DNA of 64,000 nt. Origin: Actinomycetota bacterium (GTDB lineage Bacteria; Actinomycetota; Coriobacteriia; Anaerosomatales; JAUXNU01). Shown here piece after piece: positions 44,982 to 53,426 of this stretch. Under the pieces are notes generated by a model. The model saw nothing but the letters and a program-made list of their open reading frames with translations, searched no databases and was not told the DNA's origin. The translations under genes were made by a program, and so were the position numbers. Location of the stretch: positions 14,597 through 78,596 of the forward strand of contig JAUXNU010000127.1 of the NCBI GenBank assembly GCA_030682655.1. Direction: 5' to 3'. Within the stretch, counting starts at the first letter, position 1; each line of letters starts with the position of its first letter.

Positions 44982-45095
44982 AACGCCATAGGCGATCACG
45001 TCACTCGGCATGTCTGGCCGGAAGTCGAATCTTCGGCCAGCCGAGCGCACGAAGTAGGCGGCGGCCGGGAGAGCGACCGCCGCCCACAATGGCAT
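44832..45095 (-). CDS. Candidate small membrane protein downstream of the DUF4349-like gene (uncertain; overlaps the + strand candidate by 150 nt)
   Basis: Internal ATG at 45095, 20 nt after the DUF4349 stop. MPLWAAVALPAAAYFV...VIAYGVLAVFVALVAAT plus an acidic tail. In its unique part (44982-45095) third-position G/C exceeds first-position G/C. Confidence 0.3.
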   Translation of the reverse strand: MPLWAAVALPAAAYFVRSAGRRFDFRPDMPSDVIAYGVLAVFVALVAATRRSARSDGRDEDLPRQVEQKHDASGESREDEDVLGQAE

Positions 45096-45115
45096 CTTGA
45101 TGTCAGGTCGCAGCA

Positions 45116-46123
45116 CTACTCTTCCGCGTCCTGGGGTTCGTCTGCGTGCCGCTTGGCCCGACTGCGCAGAACCGCGCGAATGACGAAGAACAGTGCGAGC
45201 GCGATGAGCAGTATCGGAAGCACGGCGCCGAAGATGATGATGAGACCGTTGATTGTGCCGACGAACGCCCGAATCGCCTGCGTCACTGAGGCGACGAAGC
45301 CCCAATCCGTACCAGACGGCCGGACAACAGCCTGCGGCTCGACAAGTTCGATCGTCACCGTTGCCATTGCCGCCTGACGCTCGAGATAGGCGATTTGCGC
45401 TTGCATCGACTCGATGTCGCCGCGCACGCGGCCGAGCTCCTGCTCGATTGCGAGCATCTCGTCAACCTTCTTGGCCGAGGAGAAGAACTCGCGCAACCGG
45501 GTCTCCTGCGCCTGGAGGTTCTTGAGTCGCGCAGACAGGTCCACATGCTCCTGTGTGACATCCGACTCGTCGGCGGACTGGCGCAGCACTTCGCCGAGAG
45601 CGGAGACTTCCTTCGAGAAGGCATCGAGTTTGTCGGCCGGTATGCGCACTGTCATCCAGCCGGATAGCGCCGACCCATCAGCCAGGGAACCCTGAGCGTC
45701 GTAGCGGTACACCGGCTGGTCGTTGTCTGTGCTGACCTGGAGGTTGGTGACCGAACCCTTGTTCGATGAGACAGCTGCGCGGATCTTGTCGACCGACGCT
45801 TCGACATCGTCGACCTGGACGCGGAGCGCCACGTTGCGGATGACCAGACGGTCGGGAAGGGGTATCGTCGATGCGTCCTCGCCGGCCCCGGCTGTCGGTG
45901 CGGTGTCGTAGGATTCGACCGAGGACTTCATCTCGTCGGTGGCGCCCATCTCCGGGCTTGCCATCTCGACGCCGGTGCTCGATCCGGAGACGCCACTGCC
46001 CCGCTCGCCCGCCTCCTGGGCGCTTTGCACGAGCCCGCAACCTGCGAGAGCTCCTGCGAGCGCGAGCAGCAACGCGATTGAGACTGACATGCGGGTCATG
46101 CGCCGTGTCACGTGTCCCATCAC
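45116..46123 (-). CDS. DUF4349-like lipoprotein with coiled-coil and a C-terminal TM anchor
   Basis: 335 aa. Lipobox LAGALAGCG. DRLVIRNVALRVQVDDVEASVDKIR, then a coiled-coil (LSARLKNLQAQETRLREF...), then C-terminal hydrophobic helices. Confidence 0.65.
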   Translation of the reverse strand: MMGHVTRRMTRMSVSIALLLALAGALAGCGLVQSAQEAGERGSGVSGSSTGVEMASPEMGATDEMKSSVESYDTAPTAGAGEDASTIPLPDRLVIRNVALRVQVDDVEASVDKIRAAVSSNKGSVTNLQVSTDNDQPVYRYDAQGSLADGSALSGWMTVRIPADKLDAFSKEVSALGEVLRQSADESDVTQEHVDLSARLKNLQAQETRLREFFSSAKKVDEMLAIEQELGRVRGDIESMQAQIAYLERQAAMATVTIELVEPQAVVRPSGTDWGFVASVTQAIRAFVGTINGLIIIFGAVLPILLIALALFFVIRAVLRSRAKRHADEPQDAEE

Positions 46124-46156
46124 AAGTCCTCCTGTCCAAGCCGGCGGGGAAAATGC

Positions 46157-46192
46157 CGGACGCCCTTAAGCACTAAGGCGAAAGGGCGTCCG
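46157..46192 (-). terminator. Hairpin downstream of the 46-aa ORF (terminator-like)
   Basis: CGGACGCCCTT (46157-46167) pairs with AAGGGCGTCCG (46182-46192): 11-bp stem, 14-nt loop. On the - strand it is followed by GCATTTTCC. Confidence 0.4.
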
Positions 46193-46218
46193 AATCGTTA
46201 GCAGCGGATTGGCGAAGG

Positions 46219-46359
46219 CTACTCCTTGGCCTGGTCCTCCATCTTCTTGAGCTGCTTGGCGGCGTATGCGCCAAGCCAGGCGCCGAGCGCGACGCACACC
46301 AAGAAGGCAACCAATAGCGTGTTGAAGAGGGGGCTCGCAATGTTCGGAGTGAAATGCAT
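46219..46359 (-). CDS. Unlisted 46-aa single-TM membrane protein
   Basis: Below the ORF-track length cutoff. Translation: MHFTPNIASPLFNTLLVAFLVCVALGAWLGAYAAKQLKKMEDQAKE. Strong RBS GGAGGTG ~10 nt upstream, with its own TTGCCC-18-TAGAAT promoter and a downstream hairpin. Confidence 0.55.
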   Translation of the reverse strand: MHFTPNIASPLFNTLLVAFLVCVALGAWLGAYAAKQLKKMEDQAKE

Positions 46360-46401
46360 TCTGGTCGTTCACCTCCGCATCAGCAGATAAGGTCTTCCGT
46401 G

Positions 46402-46431
46402 ATTCTACTCGCATGCGTGAGCGTCGGGCAA
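46402..46431 (-). promoter_or_regulatory. Putative promoter of the 46-aa ORF
   Basis: On the - strand: TTGCCC (46431-46426), 18-nt spacer, TAGAAT (46407-46402). Confidence 0.45.
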
Positions 46432-46638
46432 CATGCCACACGGGAGACGGCGCTCCATTCACCTTCTAGATTCCGCTGTCAACGTTCGAATCCCTGCCAC
46501 CTGTCTCATAGACGTACAGACTCGGCGTCTGGTTCTTGCGAGAAGACCGCAGTGTTGGTTTGGCCGGTCTGACCGTCCACGACGTGATCGGGCGGATACG
46601 GCGTCCGTGTGTCGTCTTGGGGGAGGCAATGGGGCGAG

Positions 46639-46705
46639 GTGGCACATGGTGGGATACAATCCCATACAGGTGTTGCAAAGTGGGATGAAGTGGCATAAAG
46701 TAGCA
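46639..46705 (+). promoter_or_regulatory. Array of 10-bp-periodic GTGG[G/C]A boxes: putative MraZ operator overlapping the dcw promoter
   Basis: GTGGCA 46639, GTGGGA 46649, GTGTTG 46670, GTGGGA 46680, GTGGCA 46690, GTAGCA 46700. TGGGAT-ACA-ATCCCA inverted repeat at 46650-46664. Confidence 0.5.
46673..46701 (+). promoter_or_regulatory. Putative Pmra promoter
   Basis: TTGCAA (46673-46678), 17-nt spacer, TAAAGT (46696-46701), ~70 nt upstream of the mraZ ATG. Confidence 0.4.
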
Positions 46706-46773
46706 CTGCACGAGGAGGACGCCCACACGAATGGGCGCAAGGTGAACCCGAGCAGACGGGGGGAGGGCAGCAG

Positions 46774-47208
46774 ATGTTCCTGGGCGACTATCAGCACACG
46801 CTGGACGCCAAAGGGCGCGTTTCGCTGCCCGCCAAGTTCCGGGCGGAGATGACGGGCAAGCTCGTCATCGCCAAGGGAATGGAAGGCTGTCTCTACGTCT
46901 ACTCGGCCGAAGAGTACTCCGCCTTCGTGAAACGGCTCATGGGCAAGGACGACTTCGAACCGCGCTTCCGCAAAGTGAGGCGCTACTTCACGTCCGGCGC
47001 GGTTGAAGCCGAGCTTGATTCGGCAGGTCGCATCACGCTACCGCCGCTGCTCAGGGAGTTCGCCAAGCTCGAGAAAGACGTATCGATCACAGGGAACGGC
47101 AACCGCATCGAAGTGTGGAACGCGGATGCCTGGTCCACGTATAGCGGCGAGACTGCCGACGGCATCGAAGACTTCGCCAAGGAGCTCGCCGACGCGGGTC
47201 TCCTGTAG
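46774..47208 (+). CDS. mraZ: Transcriptional regulator MraZ
   Basis: 144 aa. MFLGDYQHTLDAKGRVSLPAKFR and a second SpoVT/AbrB-like repeat (DSAGRITLPPLLREF). Confidence 0.95.
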   Translation: MFLGDYQHTLDAKGRVSLPAKFRAEMTGKLVIAKGMEGCLYVYSAEEYSAFVKRLMGKDDFEPRFRKVRRYFTSGAVEAELDSAGRITLPPLLREFAKLEKDVSITGNGNRIEVWNADAWSTYSGETADGIEDFAKELADAGLL

Positions 47209-47217
47209 GCCTTGACA

Positions 47218-48153
47218 ATGGAATACCGGCACACCCCAGTTTTGCTGGCCGAGGTCACGCAGCACTTATCGTTGCACCCCGGTTCGATAATCGTCGACTG
47301 TACCTTAGGCGGGGCAGGTCACGCGAAGCGGATTGCAGAATCGATCGCACCGACAGGCATTCTCGTCGGCATCGACCAAGATGATTCAGCGCTTGACGCA
47401 GCAGCAGTCACACTCCGCCTCGGCCAGCAGATCATCCTCTTGAAGGGGAACTTCGGCGATCTTGACGACCTGCTAGCGCAGGCCGGCATCCCATACGCCG
47501 ACGGTTTCCTGTTCGACCTCGGCGTGTCCTCGCCACAGCTCGACCTCCGGCATCGGGGGTTCTCGTACCAGGAGGACGCGGCCCTGGACATGCGGATGGA
47601 TGGGCGCGGGTCTATCACAGCAGCAGACATCGTCAATTCCTACTCAGAAGAGCAGCTGACCCGCATCATCCGCGAGTACGGAGAGGAACGGTGGGCCTCG
47701 CGCATCGCAGCCTTCATCCTAGCCGCGCGGGGCCGCCGACCAGTCGAGAGGACCGGCGAGCTCGTCGAGATCATCAAGAACGCAATCCCGGCGTCGGCAC
47801 GTCGCAGCGGGCCTCACCCGGCCAGGCGTACGTTCCAGGCGCTCCGGATCGCGGTGAACTCCGAGCTCGAAGTCCTCGAACGCGGACTTCGAGCTGCGGT
47901 CAACTGGCTTGCACCTGGTGGCCGCATCGCGGTCATCAGCTATCACTCGCTTGAGGATCGCATCGTGAAGACGCTCTTCGGCGAACTTGCGGCGGGGTGT
48001 GTGTGTCCTCCCGAGTTGCCAGCGTGTGTGTGTAGCAGGGAGCCGGTACTCCGAATCGTCACGAAGAAACCCGTCGTGCCTACGGCGGACGAGATTGAGC
48101 GCAACCCGCGGGCAAGAAGTGCGAGGCTCCGGGTGGCAGAGCGAAAGACGTAG
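47218..48153 (+). CDS. rsmH: 16S rRNA (cytosine1402-N4)-methyltransferase RsmH
   Basis: MEYRHTPVLLAEV, DCTLGGAGHA and DLGVSSPQLD motifs. TTG 47212 is the alternative start. Confidence 0.9.
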   Translation: MEYRHTPVLLAEVTQHLSLHPGSIIVDCTLGGAGHAKRIAESIAPTGILVGIDQDDSALDAAAVTLRLGQQIILLKGNFGDLDDLLAQAGIPYADGFLFDLGVSSPQLDLRHRGFSYQEDAALDMRMDGRGSITAADIVNSYSEEQLTRIIREYGEERWASRIAAFILAARGRRPVERTGELVEIIKNAIPASARRSGPHPARRTFQALRIAVNSELEVLERGLRAAVNWLAPGGRIAVISYHSLEDRIVKTLFGELAAGCVCPPELPACVCSREPVLRIVTKKPVVPTADEIERNPRARSARLRVAERKT

Positions 48154-48190
48154 CAGGGTCGGAACGCGGAGTTGAAGGAGGTGGGTCGCG

Positions 48191-48742
48191 GTGGCAGTTG
48201 CAGCACGGAAGGCCTCGTACAATGCGCAGGTGAGTCGCCGCGCTCCTCTTCGGCTGGCCGGATCGGCCTGCGGGCGTCGCGCGAGCAGCCGCGGTGTTTC
48301 GAAGTGCAAGAGCGCATATACCGCATGCTTGACCATCATGGTCGCCCTGGCAGTCGCAGGGCTGGGTCGTGTGGCACTGTCGGTCGAGGCTACAGAAACG
48401 TCCTTCGAGAAGGGCGTGCTTGCCCGAGACATCAAGGCCGAGCGCCTCGAGGGCGATCTTCTTGAGGTGGACAAGAGCGCGCTCACCACGCCCTCGCGCA
48501 TCGAGAGAATCGCGGGCAGCACGATGGAGATGGCTGCTGCGGGGGAGGTGTCCTATCTTGAGCTTCCCGCCGAACCCGTTCCTGTTGCCGAATCCGGTGC
48601 GGAGTGGGGCGAAGAGTCGGACCGGGGCAGTAGCCCTGCGGCGGAAGGCAAGCGAGGCCTGTTCCAGGCGGTGATGGATATGGCTGCAGGTGAGGCGCAG
48701 GTCCTTCTCGTAGGTGATGCAGGACTCGCATCGTCCCGATGA
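48191..48742 (+). CDS. ftsL: FtsL-like cell division protein
   Basis: 183 aa. GTG start ~10 nt after GAAGGAGGTG. Basic N-terminus, single TM (CLTIMVALAVAGLGRVAL), a short coiled-coil. Position between rsmH and ftsI. Confidence 0.65.
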   Translation: MAVAARKASYNAQVSRRAPLRLAGSACGRRASSRGVSKCKSAYTACLTIMVALAVAGLGRVALSVEATETSFEKGVLARDIKAERLEGDLLEVDKSALTTPSRIERIAGSTMEMAAAGEVSYLELPAEPVPVAESGAEWGEESDRGSSPAAEGKRGLFQAVMDMAAGEAQVLLVGDAGLASSR

Positions 48743-50511
48743 CGAAACGGAAGTCCAAGACGCCGGGAGGACATGTGGCGCGAGGGGCCAAGCGAACGAA
48801 TCGGGAGGGCCGGTACACGGTCCTCCTTGCGATTCTGGTGGTCTTTCTCGTTGCCGTAGCTGCGAGGCTCGTCTACCTGCAGGTCGTTGTCGCGTCTGCA
48901 TACGCGCAGCAGGCTGTCGATCAGCGGATGCGAGACATCACGCTTGCCCCGCGCCGTGGCTCCATCTACGACCGCGAGGGCGAGCCATTGGCCGTAAGCA
49001 TGGAAGCGCGCACGATCTACGCCGCGCCCCACTCGGTCGTCGATCCCAAAGGCACCGCGAAGTCCCTCGCGAAGGTCCTTGGCGGGAAAGCCAAGGAGTA
49101 CGAGACGAAACTCACGAAAGACACCGGATTCGTCTACATCGCCCGCAAGGTAGATATGGATCGCGCGAAAGCGCTCGAAGACCTCGATCTGCAAGGGATC
49201 GGGTTCCTTGAGGACTCGCGTCGGACCTACCCGTCAGGGGAGCTCGCGTGTCAGGTACTCGGCTTCGTGGGCGTCGATGACGACGGTCTCGCCGGTCTTG
49301 AGAAGTATTACGACGAAGTGCTCAAGGGTGAACCGGGAGCGATTCTTGCGGAACGGGACCCATTCGGGCGTCCCATCCCCGGGGGCGTCATGCGCAATGA
49401 GGACCCGATCGCCGGCGGGAACGTGGTCCTTACCATCGACAAGGACATCCAATACCAGGCCCAGGTGGAGTTGGCCGCGGCTGTCGAGAAGTGGAAGGCC
49501 AAGAGCGGCTCCGTGATCGTGATGGATCCGCGCGACGGGTCCATCTACGCAATGGCGTCGGTGCCGGGATTCAACCCGAACTTCTTCGGCAAGGCCGATG
49601 ATGCCGCCTATCGCAACCGCCCGATCGCCGACACATTCGAGCCCGGGTCGACCGTGAAGTCCCTCACCGCGGCCTCGGTCATAGACAAGGGTCTCTACGG
49701 GCCGGACAGCATGTTCCGTCTGCCTCCGAGTATCAAGGTCGGCGGTCGGCGAATCGGGGAGTCGCATCCTCGGCCGACTGTGAACTGGTCTCTCTCAGAG
49801 ATCGTGACGAACTCCTCCAACGTCGGTGCGGTCAAGCTCGGTATGGCACTCGGACCGAAGGGCCTGTACTCGTACTTCGACCGTTTTGGTCTGACCGAGA
49901 AGACGGGAGTGGACTTCCCTGGCGAGGCGAAAGGCTGGCTGCCTCCACCCGAGGACTGGTCGTCGTCGACGATCGGCACCGTGCCTTTCGGACAGGGTGT
50001 GTCGATGACCCCGCTTCAACTTGCCAGGTCGTTCGCCGCCATAGCCAACGGCGGAGAGCTCGTCACCCCGCACTTCCTGCTCTCGCTGCCTGAGGACCCC
50101 GATACCGCCTTCAGCTGGCCGAAGAAGCGAGCGATCTCGGCGGAAGCCGCCCGCACGACGACCGAGGTACTCAAGCATGTCGTGTCCGAGGGCACGGGAA
50201 CCGAGGCGGCTGTGTCAGGGTACGCGGTTGCGGGGAAGACGGGCACTGCGCAGAAGGCGCGGACTGACGCTCCCGGATATGCAGCGGGGAAGTACATGGC
50301 CTCGTTCTTCGGGTATCTTCCGGCGGATGATCCGCAGGTGCTGATCGTGGTGATCCTCGATGAGCCATCCAATGCGATCTACGGTGGCGTTGTCGCGGCG
50401 CCGACCTTCAGTGCTCTTGGGCAGTTCAGTGTCTCGCACCTGAAGATCCCGCCCTCGACGGCGACTCCGCGTTCCGTCGACGAGACGGCAACGGGTTCGG
50501 AGAAGCCCTGA
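48739..50511 (+). CDS. ftsI: Class B penicillin-binding protein (FtsI-type transpeptidase)
   Basis: 590 aa. ATGA overlap with ftsL. TM anchor and the SxxK (GSTVKSL), SxN (NSSNVG) and KTG (GKTGTAQ) motifs. Confidence 0.85.
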   Translation: MTKRKSKTPGGHVARGAKRTNREGRYTVLLAILVVFLVAVAARLVYLQVVVASAYAQQAVDQRMRDITLAPRRGSIYDREGEPLAVSMEARTIYAAPHSVVDPKGTAKSLAKVLGGKAKEYETKLTKDTGFVYIARKVDMDRAKALEDLDLQGIGFLEDSRRTYPSGELACQVLGFVGVDDDGLAGLEKYYDEVLKGEPGAILAERDPFGRPIPGGVMRNEDPIAGGNVVLTIDKDIQYQAQVELAAAVEKWKAKSGSVIVMDPRDGSIYAMASVPGFNPNFFGKADDAAYRNRPIADTFEPGSTVKSLTAASVIDKGLYGPDSMFRLPPSIKVGGRRIGESHPRPTVNWSLSEIVTNSSNVGAVKLGMALGPKGLYSYFDRFGLTEKTGVDFPGEAKGWLPPPEDWSSSTIGTVPFGQGVSMTPLQLARSFAAIANGGELVTPHFLLSLPEDPDTAFSWPKKRAISAEAARTTTEVLKHVVSEGTGTEAAVSGYAVAGKTGTAQKARTDAPGYAAGKYMASFFGYLPADDPQVLIVVILDEPSNAIYGGVVAAPTFSALGQFSVSHLKIPPSTATPRSVDETATGSEKP

Positions 50512-50529
50512 TGAGCGGCGCAGGACGCA

Positions 50530-50538
50530 TGATAGAAT
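50530..50538 (+). promoter_or_regulatory. Possible internal extended -10 element (TGaTAGAAT) ahead of murE
   Basis: TGATAGAAT in the 51-nt ftsI-murE gap, 25 nt before the murE GTG. Confidence 0.3.
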
Positions 50539-50562
50539 CGACCGTCTTCTAGGTGGGAACAA

Positions 50563-52020
50563 GTGACTACGACTACCCTTCAGAGTCTTGCAGAGGCAAT
50601 CGGAGCGAACGCTCCCGGTCTCGATATCGGCGTCTCTGGCATCGCATACCGCTCGGACCGGGTCGGGGATGGCGATGTCTTCTTCTGCATTCCGGGATTC
50701 GCGCACGACGGGCACGATTTCGCAGCTGACGCGGTCGCCCGTGGTGCAGCGGCGCTAGTCGTTGAGCGTCTTGTCGACGTTGCGGGTGACGTCCCTCAGG
50801 TGCGAGTACCGGACACCAGGCGAGCACTTGCGCTCGGTTCGGCGCACCTCCACGGTGATCCGAGTGGGCGTATGGACGTCGTCGGCGTGACCGGAACGAA
50901 CGGCAAGACAACCACGACGTACCTGGTCGATAGCATTCTTCGTGCTTCCGGACGCGTGACCGGCGTCATCGGCACCGTGGAAACGCGCATCGGCGGTAGA
51001 CGACTGGCCGCGGCAAGGACGACGCCAGAGTCGGCCGACCTGCAGGCGCTCTTGTCGGAAATGGCCGAGGAGGGAGTCTCTGCTGTCGCGATGGAAGTCT
51101 CCTCTCACGCGATCGACCTGTGTCGCGTCGACGGCGTGCACTTCGCGGTCGCCGCGTTCACGAACCTGACACAGGACCATCTGGACTACCACCAGACCAT
51201 CGAGGAGTACTGGTCGGTCAAGAAGCGGCTCTTCACCGACATGCCGGTTCGCTACCGCGTGGTCAACATCGACGACCCGCTCGGCGCAGGTCTCGCCGCT
51301 GAACTGGACGAGGTCCTTACCGTGAGCATCGGCGGGCTAGAGGCCGACGTACTCGCCGATGACGTCACACTGTCAGCCGAGGGTGTACGATTCCGGCTGG
51401 TCACACCGTCGGGGGTCGCGGACATCAGCCTGCCGCTTACAGGTGACTACAACGTGAGCAACGCGGCGGTGGCTGCTGGGTGTGCGCACGTCCTTGGCGT
51501 GGATATCGAGACCATCGCGCGGGGGTTGGGGGACGCGCATCAAGTCCCGGGTCGTTTGGAGCGCATAGAGGAGGGGCAGCCCTTTGCCGTCTACGTGGAC
51601 TATGCGCATACGCCCGACAGTCTGGCGAAAGCCATCGCGGCGGTGCGAGAGGTCACCACGGGGCGGGTCCTGGTCGTGTTCGGATGCGGTGGAGATCGGG
51701 ACCCGGAGAAGCGGCCGATGATGGGCGCGGCGGTGTCGGAGGGGGCCGATCATGCAATCATCACCAGCGACAACCCGCGCTCGGAGGATCCGGTCGGAAT
51801 CGTCCTGCAGATAGAGGACGGCATGCGAGGCGGCTCCGCATCATACGAGGTGGAACTGGACCGCCGGCGAGCGATCTCACATGCGCTCACGCAGGCTGTT
51901 TGCGGTGATTCTGTGCTGATCGCGGGCAAGGGTCACGAGGACTACCAGATACTCGCAGATCGCACTATTCATTTCGATGACCGCGAAGTCGCGCGTGAGG
52001 AGTTGGGACTGCCATGCTGA
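50563..52020 (+). CDS. murE: UDP-MurNAc-L-Ala-D-Glu:meso-diaminopimelate ligase MurE
   Basis: 485 aa. GVTGTNGKTTT P-loop. The DNPR motif (ITSDNPRSEDP) is typical of DAP-adding MurE. Confidence 0.9.
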   Translation: MTTTTLQSLAEAIGANAPGLDIGVSGIAYRSDRVGDGDVFFCIPGFAHDGHDFAADAVARGAAALVVERLVDVAGDVPQVRVPDTRRALALGSAHLHGDPSGRMDVVGVTGTNGKTTTTYLVDSILRASGRVTGVIGTVETRIGGRRLAAARTTPESADLQALLSEMAEEGVSAVAMEVSSHAIDLCRVDGVHFAVAAFTNLTQDHLDYHQTIEEYWSVKKRLFTDMPVRYRVVNIDDPLGAGLAAELDEVLTVSIGGLEADVLADDVTLSAEGVRFRLVTPSGVADISLPLTGDYNVSNAAVAAGCAHVLGVDIETIARGLGDAHQVPGRLERIEEGQPFAVYVDYAHTPDSLAKAIAAVREVTTGRVLVVFGCGGDRDPEKRPMMGAAVSEGADHAIITSDNPRSEDPVGIVLQIEDGMRGGSASYEVELDRRRAISHALTQAVCGDSVLIAGKGHEDYQILADRTIHFDDREVAREELGLPC

Positions 52021-53426
52021 CACTTGCGGTTGAGACTCTCGTCGAGGTGGTCGCGGGACAGCTGGTCACCGGCTCCGAGGACGCGATGGTGAACGGCCTC
52101 GTGACCGATTCGCGCGATGTCGATCCGGGCATGGCATTCGTGGCGTTCCGTGGTGTGTCTGCCGATGGCCATGACCACCTCGAGCAGGCAGTATCGCATG
52201 GGGCCCGTGCGCTGATAGTCACGCGAAGCCCCGGTGATATCGCCGCCGCGGTGGAAGTCGCAGAGCGTGCGGGTATCGCTGTAGTGCGGGTACCGGATGC
52301 GCTCAAGGCTGTTCAGGCCCTGGCGGCGCACCACAGGGATCGCCTCTTCTGTCCGGTGATAGGTGTGACCGGGTCCACCGGGAAGACGACGACGAAGGAC
52401 TTCATCACATCCGTTCTGTCGACGAGACTGAGGGTCACAGCTACGCTCGGAAACCAGAACAACGAGCTTGGAGTGCCGCTGACGCTCATCCGGGCCGGTG
52501 CCGACACCGACGTCTTGGTAGTGGAGATGGCAATGCGCGGTTCCGGCCAGATCGCGCAGCTGTGCGAGATCGCGCGGCCGACGATGGGGTTGGTGACCAA
52601 TGTGGGCACGAGTCACATCGAGCTCCTTGGCAGCGAAGAGGCGATCGCCTCGGCGAAGGGCGAACTCGTGGAGGCCGTGCCCCCGGAGGGCATGGTCTTC
52701 CTGAATAGCGATGATGTCCGCTCAGCGCCTCTTGCCGACCGCGCGCGGGCCCAGGTTGTTCTCTACGGCCTCGGAGAAGAGTGTGAGATCTGCGCGCGTG
52801 ATGTCACCGTAGACGCTGATAGCCGGCCCTCGTTCGAACTTGTCACTCCGGGGGGCACCCGGCGTGTCACCCTCGCTATTCCGGGTCGGCACAACGTGTA
52901 CAATGCCCTCGCCGCAGCCGCCGTGGCGCGCAACGTCGGTGTGCCACTGGACGACATCATCAGCGGCCTTGAGTCGGCCGAGATCACAGGGATGCGCATG
53001 CAGGTCTTTGAGAGCGCGACAGGCATCCATGTGATCAACGATGCGTACAACGCGAACCCCACATCGATGCGCGCGGCGGTGGAGACCCTTGCGGGCATGT
53101 CCGTAGCGGGTCGCAGGGTCGCCGTCCTTGGCGACATGGCGGAGCTTGGCTCTCTCGCGGAGTTGGCGCACTTCCATATCGGCGAGGAGATTGCGCGAAG
53201 CGGAATCGACACACTGGTGACAGTCGGAGAACTCGGAGCGCGCTTCGCCGATGGCGCACGCGCTGCGGGCATGGACACGGAAGCGATCCGGCCGTGCGTC
53301 ACCGTCGACGAGGCGAGCGAGGTGTTGGATGATCTGCTCAGCCCAGGCGATGTCGTTCTGGTGAAGGCGTCGCGGGTGATGGGGTTGGAGCGCGTTGTCG
53401 AGGCGATTGTGGAGCCGCATGTTTAG
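52014..53426 (+). CDS. murF: UDP-MurNAc-tripeptide:D-Ala-D-Ala ligase MurF
   Basis: 470 aa. GVTGSTGKTTTKD P-loop and a NDAYNANPTSM motif. Confidence 0.9.
   Translation: MLTLAVETLVEVVAGQLVTGSEDAMVNGLVTDSRDVDPGMAFVAFRGVSADGHDHLEQAVSHGARALIVTRSPGDIAAAVEVAERAGIAVVRVPDALKAVQALAAHHRDRLFCPVIGVTGSTGKTTTKDFITSVLSTRLRVTATLGNQNNELGVPLTLIRAGADTDVLVVEMAMRGSGQIAQLCEIARPTMGLVTNVGTSHIELLGSEEAIASAKGELVEAVPPEGMVFLNSDDVRSAPLADRARAQVVLYGLGEECEICARDVTVDADSRPSFELVTPGGTRRVTLAIPGRHNVYNALAAAAVARNVGVPLDDIISGLESAEITGMRMQVFESATGIHVINDAYNANPTSMRAAVETLAGMSVAGRRVAVLGDMAELGSLAELAHFHIGEEIARSGIDTLVTVGELGARFADGARAAGMDTEAIRPCVTVDEASEVLDDLLSPGDVVLVKASRVMGLERVVEAIVEPHV

Noticed and set aside
46484-46503. tRNA-like T-loop sequence GTTCGAATCC followed by CTGCCACCTG in the gap upstream of mraZ (possible tRNA, or a tRNA-3'-end att remnant)
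   Set aside because: I could not fold a cloverleaf. The T-stem pairs at only 3 of 5 positions. No complementary 5' acceptor strand lies ~65-70 nt upstream, and there is no CCA or integrase nearby. Probably chance.
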